Source: Octopus vulgaris (lineage: Eukaryota). From it: 64,000 nucleotides of DNA. The notes below the pieces were generated by a model. That model was not told where the DNA came from. It made no database searches and worked only from the letters and a program-made list of their open reading frames with translations. The stretch lies in NCBI GenBank assembly GCA_951406725.2, contig OX597816.1:98828001-98892000 (forward strand), written 5' to 3'. Position numbers and translations under genes: made by a program. Every line of letters begins with the position of its first letter. Position 1 is the stretch's first letter. Positions 38,571 to 51,947 of this stretch are shown in pieces.

Positions 38571-39539
38571 AACTGGAAATGAATGAGTGACAAACTTACC
38601 ATTCAGGATATGGCTATTATTTCTGATCGCGTTAAACTCTCTCCTTTGAGTATTTGCTTAAACTTGCATGTTATCCGAAAATGACTATCGCGTAACATAA
38701 AAAGCACAACAATGAGAGGAAGTACAAATAGGCATGAGCTTGATATTCTTTTATAAGTTATTATATACGTTTCTATGTTGAGTAAATTAGTAATGCTGTT
38801 ACACAATATATGCTATTCAAGCATATGTCTTATAGCTGCTGTATACATAATTTCGCCAAAGATGCCCTTGGGCAGGGTGAAAATACAGGTATAGCACATA
38901 TGTATAATGCTTTTATAAGTTTCATGCTTAAATTGCATTTATAGTATGACATCATTAATAGATTACTGAATACAGAATCGTTAATAGATAACTTGAAAGA
39001 AAAGAATGCCAATAATATGGCCATGCTTTTTTACCTCATTATATAAAACATGTGTGTATGTATATATACATGCATACATATACACATGAATATATATATA
39101 CATATGTGTCCGTATCAGTGTGTATATGTATACTTATGTATATACACATCTGCCTTCTAGTGGAATAAATACAAAAGTGTGCATGACGGTTTTACAAACT
39201 AACAGAGCGTGCTTAAATTATACATAATAGTAGAGTAACTCTGCCTGTTCTTCATTTTATTGAAAGAAGTGTTCCAAGTAGAACAAGAAAATTGCAGCAA
39301 AGCTGCGTGATAATGGTGTCAGACGGTGTATGTAGACCATCATATAATTTGTTTGTTCTTTTCTTCTAATTTGTTTTGACATGAGAATTGTTCTTTTATT
39401 GATCTCTTCTGTTTTACGAATCCAGTGTGCACATGCGCATTACGTGTTGATACTTCTCTTTCTGGTTTCTACACAAAACTGTTTACAGATTACCACCAAT
39501 TCATTAAACTGCGTCAGTGAGGAGCGCATCGTGCTCCGA

Positions 39540-40120
39540 TGGTAGTGAAAATAACGTGCTCTCATTGAATTGCCATTAAAGGAGGGCTGCAGGCTGTCTG
39601 ACATCCTTAGATGTGTATACGTCGTTTACAGATAGGACACCATTGGCAAGACCAATGTGCGCAGGTGGATGTAGAAACCAGCAATGAAGACAATCCTACA
39701 ACGAAGGGCAATCAAATGCAAAGACTGACATGAATTACGAGCGAGTGGACGAACTGTTTCGCCTATTCAGACAGCCTAAAATATGTGAACTTGTTACATG
39801 ACTGGGTTGTAATGATTTTGTGTTACAAAAGATAGGTGGAAGATTTAGGTAACGAAATGTATGTGCAAAGTGTTTACCGCCGTAGTTACCGCATGGTTAG
39901 AAGAATAGAAGTGTGAGAGAGGAATATGTTACGCTGGAAGCGTTTGAAACCTAAGGAGACAATTTTGTTTGATAAGGTTATTAGTGATGACATGAGTGTA
40001 TTTCTATGATACAAAAACGGGGCTAACTACATGGAATAGCTTTATACTTCTACAAGGCTTTAGAAGTTAAAGAGCCAGTAATTTGTACAGAAAATACAAT
40101 AGTTGATGCAGGGTGACAAG
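39540..40120 (+). mobile_element. Mariner transposase relic (second family)
   Basis: Broken frames RALIELPLKEGCRLSDILRCVYVVY..DTIGKTNVRRW, YERVDELF..ICEL, LG*RNVCAKCLP (cf. LGYRKVCAKWVP) and DKVISDD (cf. IVTGDE). Confidence 0.7.
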
Positions 40121-43100
40121 AATCCATTCGTGTTTTTCTTCTCGATCTGGCACCCTTCGACATTCAATTAACGACAGTCGTCGGGGACAAAGATTTGATA
40201 ACACACTCAAAGTGAAACAAATTTTGAATGAATGAGTACAACCGTTCACGCCTAAAAGTTTTGGAGCAAGATTAGGGAGTGAGATTCAAAGACGGTGCAA
40301 ATACATTGCTTTTCGCTGGAGATTATGTGGAACAGTACTTTAGCATGGTGGAAAATTAACCGACCCGCTTCTACAATTAGAACGATTATATTAATATAAA
40401 CGTTATGCCCACTTTTTGCCATTAGATTCGGTATAATTTTCGTGTAAGTGTATATATGTTTGTTTGTGAATTTCGTTCTCCCCCATAATAAATACATACA
40501 GATGTAAATATATGCATACATACATATGCATATATGTTTGTATGTATATATGTATGTACATTTTACGTTCAGATTTAAGTACATTTTCAGAAAGGTCAAA
40601 CCGGCCGCTAACAGAGCGACAAGCCTTCTTGACTTAAGAGAGTTCCTAGTGTTAGTAAGTATGTAGTTGATTTGGTGTGTTGGTTTATCTGTCGATGCAC
40701 ACAGCCTAGTGTGTGCATCTATTCGTTTTTAAAGTATCTCAGACAGAGAAAGAAGCTTTGGAATGACTTACAAATTTTAACTCTGCCACTTAAAGAATAT
40801 GTGTATGTATGTATTTATGTGTGTATGTATGTGTAGCGACTATAACCTCTATCCAGATTTCTTTTATTTTCTACTATATTTTCTACTATATGTATGTATG
40901 ACCAATTGCTAATAATTAAATCTCGTACAACAATAGTCTGCATCTTATTGAATGGCGAAAAACAAAGTTTGCCCGATAGAATATTAGGAAGGTAATTAAA
41001 ACCTCTTGCAGTAGTCGTGCATTATAAAATTTCTATTATGCATTGTTGTTTTATTTGATCTTTTAGTAATGATGACATAATAGTGTATTAAAATAATGGC
41101 TGCATTGTTCTAGGAACATGGCCTGGAGACATGATTCTCTTTCGTGTATCATTTTTAATTGCATTTCAATCAATAAGAATTTTCTACATGTTCTTTAAAA
41201 ATGAAGTTGATTCCACTTTCAACAATTAATGAAAAACATATTAAAGATATATTTCAACGTACAATATTACTTTTTGTGAGTTAATAATCGATGTGTTTTA
41301 TATAATCATCAGTTCTCATTTGCAGTTGTCTCTAAGAAGCAGGTTGTTTGGTGGATGCACTAGTTTGCATAATGGTCAGTTCATAATATGATTTATAGAG
41401 ATCGCTCCTCATTTTCGTGCTCAGTTCAAAACACATTCGCTCGTAGAATAAATACATCTACATAGAAATCAGATTCTCATGTCTAAATAGAACAACTTTA
41501 TTTAAATTGTTTGCATATTATTGCGTATTATACTGGTCAGCCCATATGTTGCCTTATATAACGGATTTCAACCTCTCCTTTCTATTTAACGAAATCAATA
41601 ATCTCATGCATTGGTTTTGAAACTTCATATGTTTCTATCCATAGTATTATTTTAACACATAGAATATATTCTCATACATGTCATGTGCCGCTTGAGATTC
41701 ATTTGTACATTTTTGAAAATTTTAGAATTCATATGCGTATTTTGCTTAAAATATATGGCTTTTTTAACATCAGCTTAAGAGTTGTATTTGACTTATTCAC
41801 AAACGAATCGATATGCATTAGTAAAATTAATTTCCAACATTTTCGGACAATTACTCTGAAAATTATTTATTTGGGGAATTATTTGTTTTATCCAATATGT
41901 TACAATACTTTCTAAAATTTTACGAAAGTTGATAAGAATTTGTACATTAATAAAACCTGTAAGATGTGCAATTTGCTTCAATGGAAATTTCATAAACAAT
42001 TTGCTAATGCAGTTAGGTTTGTTAGCCAATTGACTTATTTTCCATTGTTCCTATCTGATTCCAAAAACCAATACCTCATACCGTGTTTCAAATTATTCTA
42101 ATGTTCTCTTTCTTTGTAATTGTCACTTTCTTTCATTCTTGTTTGAAATGCTTCTTTGACGCTGGAAGAGAATATTGGCAGTAATTTAATTGTTCAGAGC
42201 AAAGGAAAGCATCGTTGGCAAAGTAAGAATCTTCTCTTCTCGGGAAGATGTATGTATCACACGGTTAATGCCTCTCGGTCCACTAACCGCACATTCGGAG
42301 GACTAACACCTTTTAAAAATTGTAATCAACATTACATTCGTTCATTTTTATCTCCGATCGTCTTCCTCTGATTTATTCTTTGCTCTATACTGAATTCCAT
42401 GAAAATGTATTCCCTAACCTAGGGTTAGTGACCCTAGAATTCATTATGACACGGTTGCATGACACAATATATAAACATGACACAATTCTTAGCTCAGATA
42501 TACCATTGGTAATAACAAATGAAATCGTATTGCCACAAACTTACTTCCCATATTCAGATAGCTTCTTTATTGTTTCTCTTTTGCTTTGTTCTTCTGAGAC
42601 GTTGTTTTGAAACATCACTAAATACAGCGTTTTTATTAATCTAGGAAAATGATTTTAGAACTAAACAATAGTATAATTGTTTGCAAAGTGTGTATTCATA
42701 TTTTTCTATATCTAACTATCAGCAAAACCGGTTATGAGGAATATAATGCTTTGTTTCATTATTCTTTTACCTTGTATTTTATGTGTGTATTATTTCCATT
42801 AAATATCTAACATTTATTAGATGCTATTCATATCAACCAGTATTCACGTGACAAACTATGTACCAATACTCCATCAAGATGTTAACTAGATAAAAATAAT
42901 TTATTCATATGCTTGGATCTTTCAAATAACATCAAAATATTGGCTCATTAATAAATTAAGCGTTTAAATAATTGCTGTCTTTAATGATTTCAGTGACCTG
43001 TATGAGAATCTATCCCACTCGAATTTATTGACATGTAAAGAAAAAATAGCACATAAATCGTCGAAAGTTCGGTAGTTTATTTTTATTTATTTATTTATTT

Positions 43101-43358
43101 TACTTTTCATCACCTGGATTCTGTGCAACATTCTACTGTAAACGACTTGTGATTATTCGTTACAAATAAGGCATTAAACTATTAAATGGCGTGTGTAATA
43201 ACGGCTCTTGAACATAGCTTTTGCAATTCAGTCACGTGTACTGTATGAAGAGATATATTCAAACAGTTTTCTTCTAGCATGCACTTGGATACTAAAACTG
43301 CATATGGAAGATGTATTCCTATCATAGTCAAAAAGTATAACAACAACTTATAATAGTA

Positions 43359-43717
<359 letters not shown>

Positions 43718-43920
43718 ATAATAATAATAATAATAATGATAATAATAATAATAATATCGAAAAATACCTTAGGAATTAGAACCCAGGTTCGAAATTTCCA
43801 CAAGACACTTGATAAAGGCTGGAAGGTATATCAGCCGAAACGTTGTGTTAACAACAAACAAGATGAGGACAAATATCCGTCGAATATAAATAATCTAAGT
43901 AATGTAAATAATGTAAATAC
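43718..43920 (+). mobile_element. Inverted second copy of the HHR-bearing module
   Basis: Reverse-complement match to 43390-43540; head-to-head with the previous feature. Confidence 0.85.
43804..43849 (+). ncRNA. Minimal type I hammerhead motif (U3-A8 variant)
   Basis: GACAC-UUGAUAA-A-GGCUG(gaagguauau)CAGCC-GAA-ACGU-U-GUGUU. The other copies have CUGAUGA, so the family consensus is a canonical PLE-type minimal HHR. Confidence 0.75.
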
Positions 43921-45254
43921 AGAATGATTACTGCTTCAACACTTTTCATCACAGACCTGCTTCTTCACTACTGACCTAGGTGTCACAAAACTAAAGATAC
44001 AGGGATCACTCTTTTTCATTAATTCGTTCATTGTTACTCTTGTTCATTAATCCCGTTCATTGTTACTCTTATTGAAGAAATGGCCAAATCGATAAAGATA
44101 TGATGAACGTAGGTGCTATACATTGACAGAAATGTCTCTCAGTGGTCATGTTTATTATAACATTGGAAATGTAAGGATGATGACAAAATTATACTCTAGT
44201 ATTTCCCGATCCTATATGCCCTAAGAGACTAAAATTTATACCGGTTTTCCACTACACGAAGCTGTTCCTAGATTTTGAACTTCAGCTAAGTTAAGACCTT
44301 ACTAATTCAATTAATAATAATGTAATGATAATTTTTTACCAATAATAATTAGGATATTTTTATAGAAAGCATTCTTATATACACTACAGATGGAAGCATA
44401 TATAGTTCTGCTAATACAGAATTTGAGCTACAGAACTTTATTTTCTCAATATGTAAGCCGTATATATAAAGGCCATTATTTGCACTGAGGTAACTAATTA
44501 GAACCATACATCGAATCGCTGTTTCGGACACAATACAATTCAGCTTTAGTTACCAGGCGCCATGATTGTGTCTCTAATTAGCAATAGATTTTACTTTTCT
44601 CGTCGGCTTTACTCACAAGTAACTGAACAAAAACCACGTCATTTTGAGATATCACAAACTACAATAACTCAGACACAAAGAAGTCTATTAACTGCAATTG
44701 AATGCTGTTTATTATTCGAGTTGCTTTGTTATGCGACGAAAGCTATTTTAATTATGATATTCATATCGTGTCTATTAAGAACAAAGACATTGGCATTTCA
44801 AAAGTAATACTAAAGACAGATGCTTCTAAATGTATGATAAAATATAGATTTATTGAAATTATTATTATATGAATCTCCTATCTGTAACTATGCTTCCAAA
44901 CAGATTATTTTAAATTATATAACTTCATATACATTAGGATAGTTATTACTCATTAACATTATGGAGAAGAAAACTTTTCTGCATAGTACCATCATTCTCT
45001 TTGCAATTTCGTGTTCAGTTTTTAATTTTATGGATTATATAATGGATCTTGGAAGACCGACACAGTATACATATTCGCAAACTGTATTTTCATTGTATTC
45101 ATCTTTATTGAAATTCCTTTATCAATATTTCATAAGGGAAGTCGTAGCAACAGCGCTGCAGTTTTTTCTGTTGCTTCCGAACTACATGAGGTTAAAGTTT
45201 AATGTATTCGGACAGACCTGCGCCTTAAGACTTGCGCAATAGTGCTAATAATCA

Positions 45255-45470
45255 CATTAACCGTTTCAAATTTTGGCACACGGCCAGCAATTTTGAAGGA
45301 ATGGTTAAGTCAATTGCATTGAGCCCATTGCTCAAATGGTGCACATTTGAGGCAAGTCGATATGATGAAATGCAAGTTGATTTCGGTAGGATTTGAACTA
45401 AGAGCATGAGGACAGACGAAAAGCTTCTAAGAATTTTTTCTGGAATGCTAATGCTTCTGCCACCTCGCAA
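45255..45470 (-). mobile_element. SINE family 3, degraded
   Basis: Reverse-complement similarity to 30202-30415 and 34020-34235. Confidence 0.7.
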
Positions 45471-47559
45471 CCTTATAATAATGCAGTTAATAGTGTATAT
45501 ATAAGTATATATGTAAATATGTAAATGTATGGATGAATTAACTGCAACCTGTCCAGTGTTACAAACGCAATGCCACAGTACTTACCAATATCACTGAGTT
45601 ACTACTTCAGCCTCTCAATAGGTATCGCTCACCGTGGTATGAAAACGCAAAAATATTGCGCTTATGTACACTTTTAATAACTCTGGCATTAATAATTTCT
45701 ATAGACTATTGGTTATTTCATTAGGCGTATATACAAAAAATACCATCTACTACGTATTAATCTACATATTCATGACTGTAAAAGCGCTACAAGTATATCA
45801 GACAGATCTAGGGTAGACAATTCTAGGCCCTGAATTTATTAATATCTATTTGATTCACAGTCTGAGCACATGTGCGCTAAACTACGCGTGCGCATATGAT
45901 TATAACTTCGTGTAAGTTTGTACGAGCGAATGTACGTACAACAGACACTGTGTATATTTCCCCAAATCTAATAATTTATTTTATTGTTGTTTACCCAAAG
46001 TGAATTTATATTTCTGTTGTCCTTTAAACAAATAAATTCATGTACTTATTTGTTTATATAAGCATATCCATGACCATATTTCTTGTAACAGCACATAGCC
46101 TGATGTTCATTTTTTACCAATGTTTTAGAAGGACACATCACTGCGAAACACATATACTTCCGTTCGATCTTGCCTCAAATACCTTGTTGAACATCAAACT
46201 CAAATAATGTATTCAATAAGACAATGGTACGTCGATATGTATTACTCTCGTAATGTCAATGCCTCGTTAATCCTACGCTTCATTCCAAGCTCATTCCTAT
46301 CACGCATAATTATCCAGATTAATGTGTTATGTAGAAATATAGACGTTAATAACATGAATTTTCAAAGAGCACTTAATGAATGCAGCAACTCCTTAGAAAT
46401 GCATTTTCTTGAATAGTCAATTTCTTTCGAGAACTATTTTTACACTGATAAGTATTAATCATTGTAACTGATCAATATTAACCATGCTTTGTCATTTCAA
46501 GCTGCTAAATAAAAAGTGAAATTATAGGGTTGAAATATTTAACGAATACAATATCGGAAAACTTTTCAAATGGGAGTGACGGAGTAAATACATAACACAT
46601 TGTAGAGTAGTAGTATTTAAGTACTGACAGTGAAATAATGATTCAAAATAAATATTCTACTTTATAATGACTAACACCCATTAATCTGCATTCATATCAT
46701 AGAAGACTAAATTCTGAGAAAATAGAATATTGGATAAAATGAAACAGTATATTACAAGTACTTGCTCTAGCAACTCTGTGAGGATGAAAGAGACAAGTGA
46801 CTAGTGTGATACATGCAAGCCGTCCTAACAAAAAATAACAAAAAAGATATCAGAATATGAAATTTCATGATGATTATACGCTCGAATATCTTTGCTATCG
46901 AGTAGCAATACTAATTTAGGAGGAGTGAAGCATGTTGTTTCCAACGCTCAATAAAATAGTTTTCATTATGATGCAAGGGTTGTTTAGAATTTTACCGACA
47001 CGATAAATGTTGAAACAATTACGTGTTTCGTGGGAGCTGTTATGAATCTAAAAGCGGATCCCGATAAGAAAAAAAGAATAGATATTTTCACACAGTTGAA
47101 TATCCACACTTTGGTGTCTCATAGCTGATCAATAATGCCAATTTACAGATTTAACATATTTAATTGTTTCTCAGGTAAAATCCCCGAGCAATTTTGGCAG
47201 ATTTCGTTAAAAAACGTCACGAGCTAAACGACCAGCTGAATACATAGAAATATGTGTGTGCATGCCAGCGTATGAATTAGATATACTGCTATAGTGATTT
47301 TATCAACTGAAACATGTGCACTGGGCCTCTTAAAATACATTAACTTAGACAACGTGTTAATCAATTAACCAAATAGTTAGTCTGTTGCTTGATAAATCAA
47401 TATACATCACTGTATTTTTGGCCTTTATTGCCTACAAACCAAACGGTGTGTTCTCGTTACACCAGGTCTGCCTCATATTTTTAGTCTCCCTCTCTATGTA
47501 AACGTGTATGTGCGTGCATGCATGTATGTATATATAGTAGTATGTATATTTGTGTGTGT

Positions 47560-47596
<37 letters not shown>

Positions 47597-47734
47597 TGTA
47601 TTCTTTGTAAGCATACAATTTTGAGAATATTTTTGTACGTTCCGACTAATCATGTTGTTCTTTGTGCTACATTTCTTTATCATATGTAACAGCTCCACAG
47701 AGAGAACTCTGAAAAAAAGCACTGATATTAAATA

Positions 47735-47805
47735 AATGTTGGATGCACCATTATGAGCAATGCAATAAGGAAATCCACGAAACTACTAGGTGGAACGAAA
47801 GTGGA

Positions 47806-47850
<45 letters not shown>

Positions 47851-48108
47851 TGTGTGTGTGCGTGTGTGTGTGTGTGTATACTCAAAACATCATCATACAA
47901 TCATATATACTCACACACATATAATGTATATATATATACATATATATGTATATATATATATATATATATATACATATATACATATACATATATATGTGTA
48001 TATATATATATATATATAGACATATACTAACATTAACAATGTTGGATGCACCATTATGAGCAATGCAATAAGGAAATCCACGAAACTACTAGGTGGAACG
48101 AAAGTGGA

Positions 48109-48154
<46 letters not shown>

Positions 48155-48287
48155 GTGCGCGCGTGTGTGTGTGTGTGTATACTCAAAACATCATCATACA
48201 ATCATATATACTCACACACATATAATGTATATATATATACATATATATGTATATATATATATATATATACATATATACATATACATA

Positions 48288-48319
<32 letters not shown>

Positions 48320-48327
48320 GACATATA
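47735..48327. repeat. Tandem duplication, period 303 bp
   Basis: Unit begins aatgttggatgcaccattatgagc at 47735 and 48038. Unique parts look identical; the microsatellites differ in length. Confidence 0.95.
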
Positions 48328-48502
48328 TATATAATTGCGTGTATGTGCATATATACATGTGATCGTGTGTGGGTTTGTAGGAAATGTAAGCGATATGTTT
48401 TAGATTAAGCTGATTTATCAATTTCAATATGACACAGTCTTCCCTCCCAATAGATACAGCAATCTATGTAATTATCAAAGATAGAACGCCAGAAGATAAG
48501 GC

Positions 48503-48574
48503 GAATACCAATTTATCTGGGAATACCAATTTATCTGGGAATACCAATTTATCTGGGAATACCAATTTACCTGG
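48503..48574. repeat. 18-bp minisatellite x4
   Basis: gaataccaatttatctgg three times plus one variant copy. Confidence 0.95.
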
Positions 48575-49804
48575 GACATAGCCGGGGATGTTGGAATAAT
48601 TTATAGTCATATATGGTAAAAATAATAATTTAACCAGTATATTCCCGTGTAAGTGACAAAGCACGAATATCTACTTCCGTGATAGTGCGCGTAAGATATT
48701 GCTTATATTGCAATGAGCCACTGGCAAAATTTGTTTATTGTTTCTGAGCTTAATCAGCTTATGGAGTGCAACATAGAGAGCAGGTTGCTCTCTAAGAATG
48801 TGAATCAACTCAAATATCTTATACCATTTAAATCTTATAATCCGAGGATTTTAACGTATTGATATTTTGGGATGTTATATACTCAAATTCTGGCTTTCTT
48901 ACGCAGGTTCCACTCATTTTGTTATGAAATTTTACAGATTGAAATTATTTCAGAGGAGAAATACAACCACATTAAGTGTATATATTTGACAGCTGTGATC
49001 AGTACATATACGGAAACAACCGTTTCATTCAGTTTATTTCTGAGATGTAAGTATCTCATTATTTAAAGCTGAACAGGACTCCATTCCTTCTGATGTGTTG
49101 GCAGCATACAATTTCGCAAATGTAATCGACTAGAATATCAAGACAGACAAAATCTCTCACTCAAATGTGTTCGTCACCCACTACACATGTAGAATTTCAA
49201 GATTATAAAAGTTTACCCCTTACACTAAGTTCATTATGTTCACTCATCATGTATAATAGGCGCCGTGCGAATAGTAACCTATGATCGTGTATTTATGTAA
49301 GTGTTTGTACCTTGCTTACTCTCTCTCCCTCACATTGTCTGTCTATAAATATGCATATGTGCCTATGTGTATCTGTGTACATCTATACACATACATTCTT
49401 GTTCTTTTCTTTCGTTCTCCAATCTTTAACAGATGTTAGCTAATGAGTATGTGGTGTCAGCCTATTAATTCTCAAGTAAAAGCTTTCTTGCATCTAATCA
49501 CAGACGGTGTATTCAACATATGTTAAACGATATAACATTCTCAAATTTGAGATTTCTAATGGTTTAAATGACACAGTTCAGGCAATCCGTCATCCGTACA
49601 ATTTGGTAAGCATTTACAGTTGGATGATTTAGTATATTCAAAAATCAATTTCCTTAGCTGCTGACACAGTGTTCTACTGTTGTGTTTATGATTTTGTGAT
49701 ATTTACTCACTTTATGTACAACCGTACACACGTTCATATGTAATTGCTTATATGTGTATGCATGTATGTATGCATGTATGCATACACATATATATTCATA
49801 TGCA

Positions 49805-49850
<46 letters not shown>

Positions 49851-50122
49851 TAAAACTTACTTGGAAAAGGATGCGTGGCGTTCGATCATATTATAATATA
49901 AATAATATATAAATATATGCATATATACATATGCATAAAATTCGTTTCTATGTTTTTATGGTTTCGTTTCTCATTGTGTTCAACGTATTTTAATGTCCTG
50001 TACCCATATATGCATGCGTTTATACATTATGTGGTATGTACGTATGTATATATGCATATATTTATATATTATTATTATTATTTGATATATATTTATATAT
50101 TATTTATATTATTTATATTACT

Positions 50123-50179
<57 letters not shown>

Positions 50180-50579
50180 CGCACACATAATTATATGGAG
50201 CAAGAGTGAGTAAAGGAGAGATCAACAATCATTTGCTCTCGTTCTCGGAGTGACCTACTGTAATCTATAGCTCGTCCTCGTTTACTTTCCTCTCCAAGCT
50301 CAGTCTTATTTTGAGTCTTCCATATTATATTATACACTGACAAGTATACATATGAACACACACACACCGGTGAATGTCGTTCAAAATTATCGCTTCGTCA
50401 CACCTAATATTCTGATAAATTTAGTTGCATATTTTTCTCTTTTATAAATTAAACAACTTTCAAGTTTCTTTAAAGTTGAAACGTGATGTATGTACAAAAC
50501 GCACACATATGCATACACGCACGCCCACGTGCGGAAACCCACACGCAAAGGGATATGCATAAGTACAACCCCCACAGGT

Positions 50580-50945
50580 CTCCGAAAGTTTTGATTCACC
50601 TCACCTTTCTCTCTTAATGTTAAGGCAAATATAGCTAGAAGATTTTTGCACTTAGTATTTAGGCACTTCCCTAGTACCCATAGATACAGCAAAATCTTTG
50701 AAAGACACACGACAAAACTTACCTTTTCTTGTGACTTAAAGAAGAAGGTATCATTATCGACATCAAATGGAAAGTCCTCTCTTAATCGAGTCTACATATT
50801 AACGGGTCCAAAAAATCTTCAGTTTCTCTTGAAAAACTGTACCTCTTAAAAAACTCGAGAACCTCCAACGAATACTAAATTCAAGGAACGAGTTTTGTTA
50901 AATGTGTCCGCATTTCAAGAAATGTATATTGTCGGAATTTAAAGG
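50580..50945 (+). mobile_element. Penelope-like element ORF relic with internal deletion
   Basis: *FTSPFSLNVKANIARRFLHLVFRHFPSTHRYSKIFERHTTKLTFSC (cf. WFNPP..NV.TNI..FL.L..KHFP..H...KIF.R...K.SYSC) is joined to the C-terminal IKWKVL...NGSKK...EKLY...LNSRNE..CPH. Confidence 0.8.
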
Positions 50946-51268
50946 TAGACACCTAGACATTTAGTAAACCATTTAGATTTGGCTTACGTCTGTATGACAT
51001 CGAATTATTGTAATGTTAATCTCCTTTTTGTTTTTTTTTTCTTTTCTTCTCTACAAACGCCACTTGTTTAAACGTTATCTGCTCAAAACACAACTGAAAA
51101 ACGGTCTTGTTTCATTTTGATAACTGGCGGAATAAATTATTATTTCTATCAAGAAACCCTGTAGCTGTATTTCCAAGAATTATCCTTGCCCTCTTTGCTT
51201 ATGAAGAGTTTTCCTACTTGTTGAATTATTACTACATAACATATGTATACACCTATGCACACACACAT

Positions 51269-51352
<84 letters not shown>

Positions 51353-51500
51353 GAAATAGTGTATATTTAAACACAATAGAAAACTACTTTTAACAGGTAA
51401 GTTTTAGACGCTAGAAGAAGCAGTCAAAACGACCAAAACCACATTTAAGAGCAATTTTGGAAGGGAATGAAAAATGAAGATTTCTACCTTGTAATTTTTT

Positions 51501-51573
51501 ACGGTTATACCTAGGTTTCAGATTTCTTTAGCAAATAAAATAATTTGCTAGGCGAATCCTCATCAGTAACCGT
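51501..51573 (-). ncRNA. Type I hammerhead ribozyme with intact catalytic core
   Basis: ACGGUUA-CUGAUGA-GGAUU-[cgcc UAGCAAAU uauuuu AUUUGCUA aaga]-AAUCU-GAA-ACCUAGGU-A-UAACCGU: 7-bp stem I, extended stem II, palindromic stem III, GUA cleavage triplet. Confidence 0.88.
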
Positions 51574-51891
51574 GCCTTAACAACTAACATATAATTTAGA
51601 GACAAATAGGCACACGTCACTCATCATTATATGTTATAATCTTTTTTAAATTCACCGCGTAAGCGCAGTTTCAGTTGGCAGTAAATGGATAATGCCGACC
51701 TGATATTCGAAATGCTAAAATCATATTCGTAAGATATAATAGGGTAGCGAATATTCTTAGAAATTTAACCACCAGTGGCCTAGCATGTATAAAAAGTCAT
51801 TATTCAACATATTCCCAATATAAAATAGTGTACTATATATTTTAATCATGCTATCTATATTCATGTGTGTGCGTGCGTGTGTATACGTATA

Positions 51892-51947
<56 letters not shown>

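Noticed and set aside
44961-45242. 93-aa ATG-initiated ORF
   Set aside because: No recognisable domain or splice context; length compatible with chance.
48503-48574. CRISPR-like regular repeats
   Set aside because: Contiguous 18-bp units with no spacers, no cas genes and a eukaryotic context.
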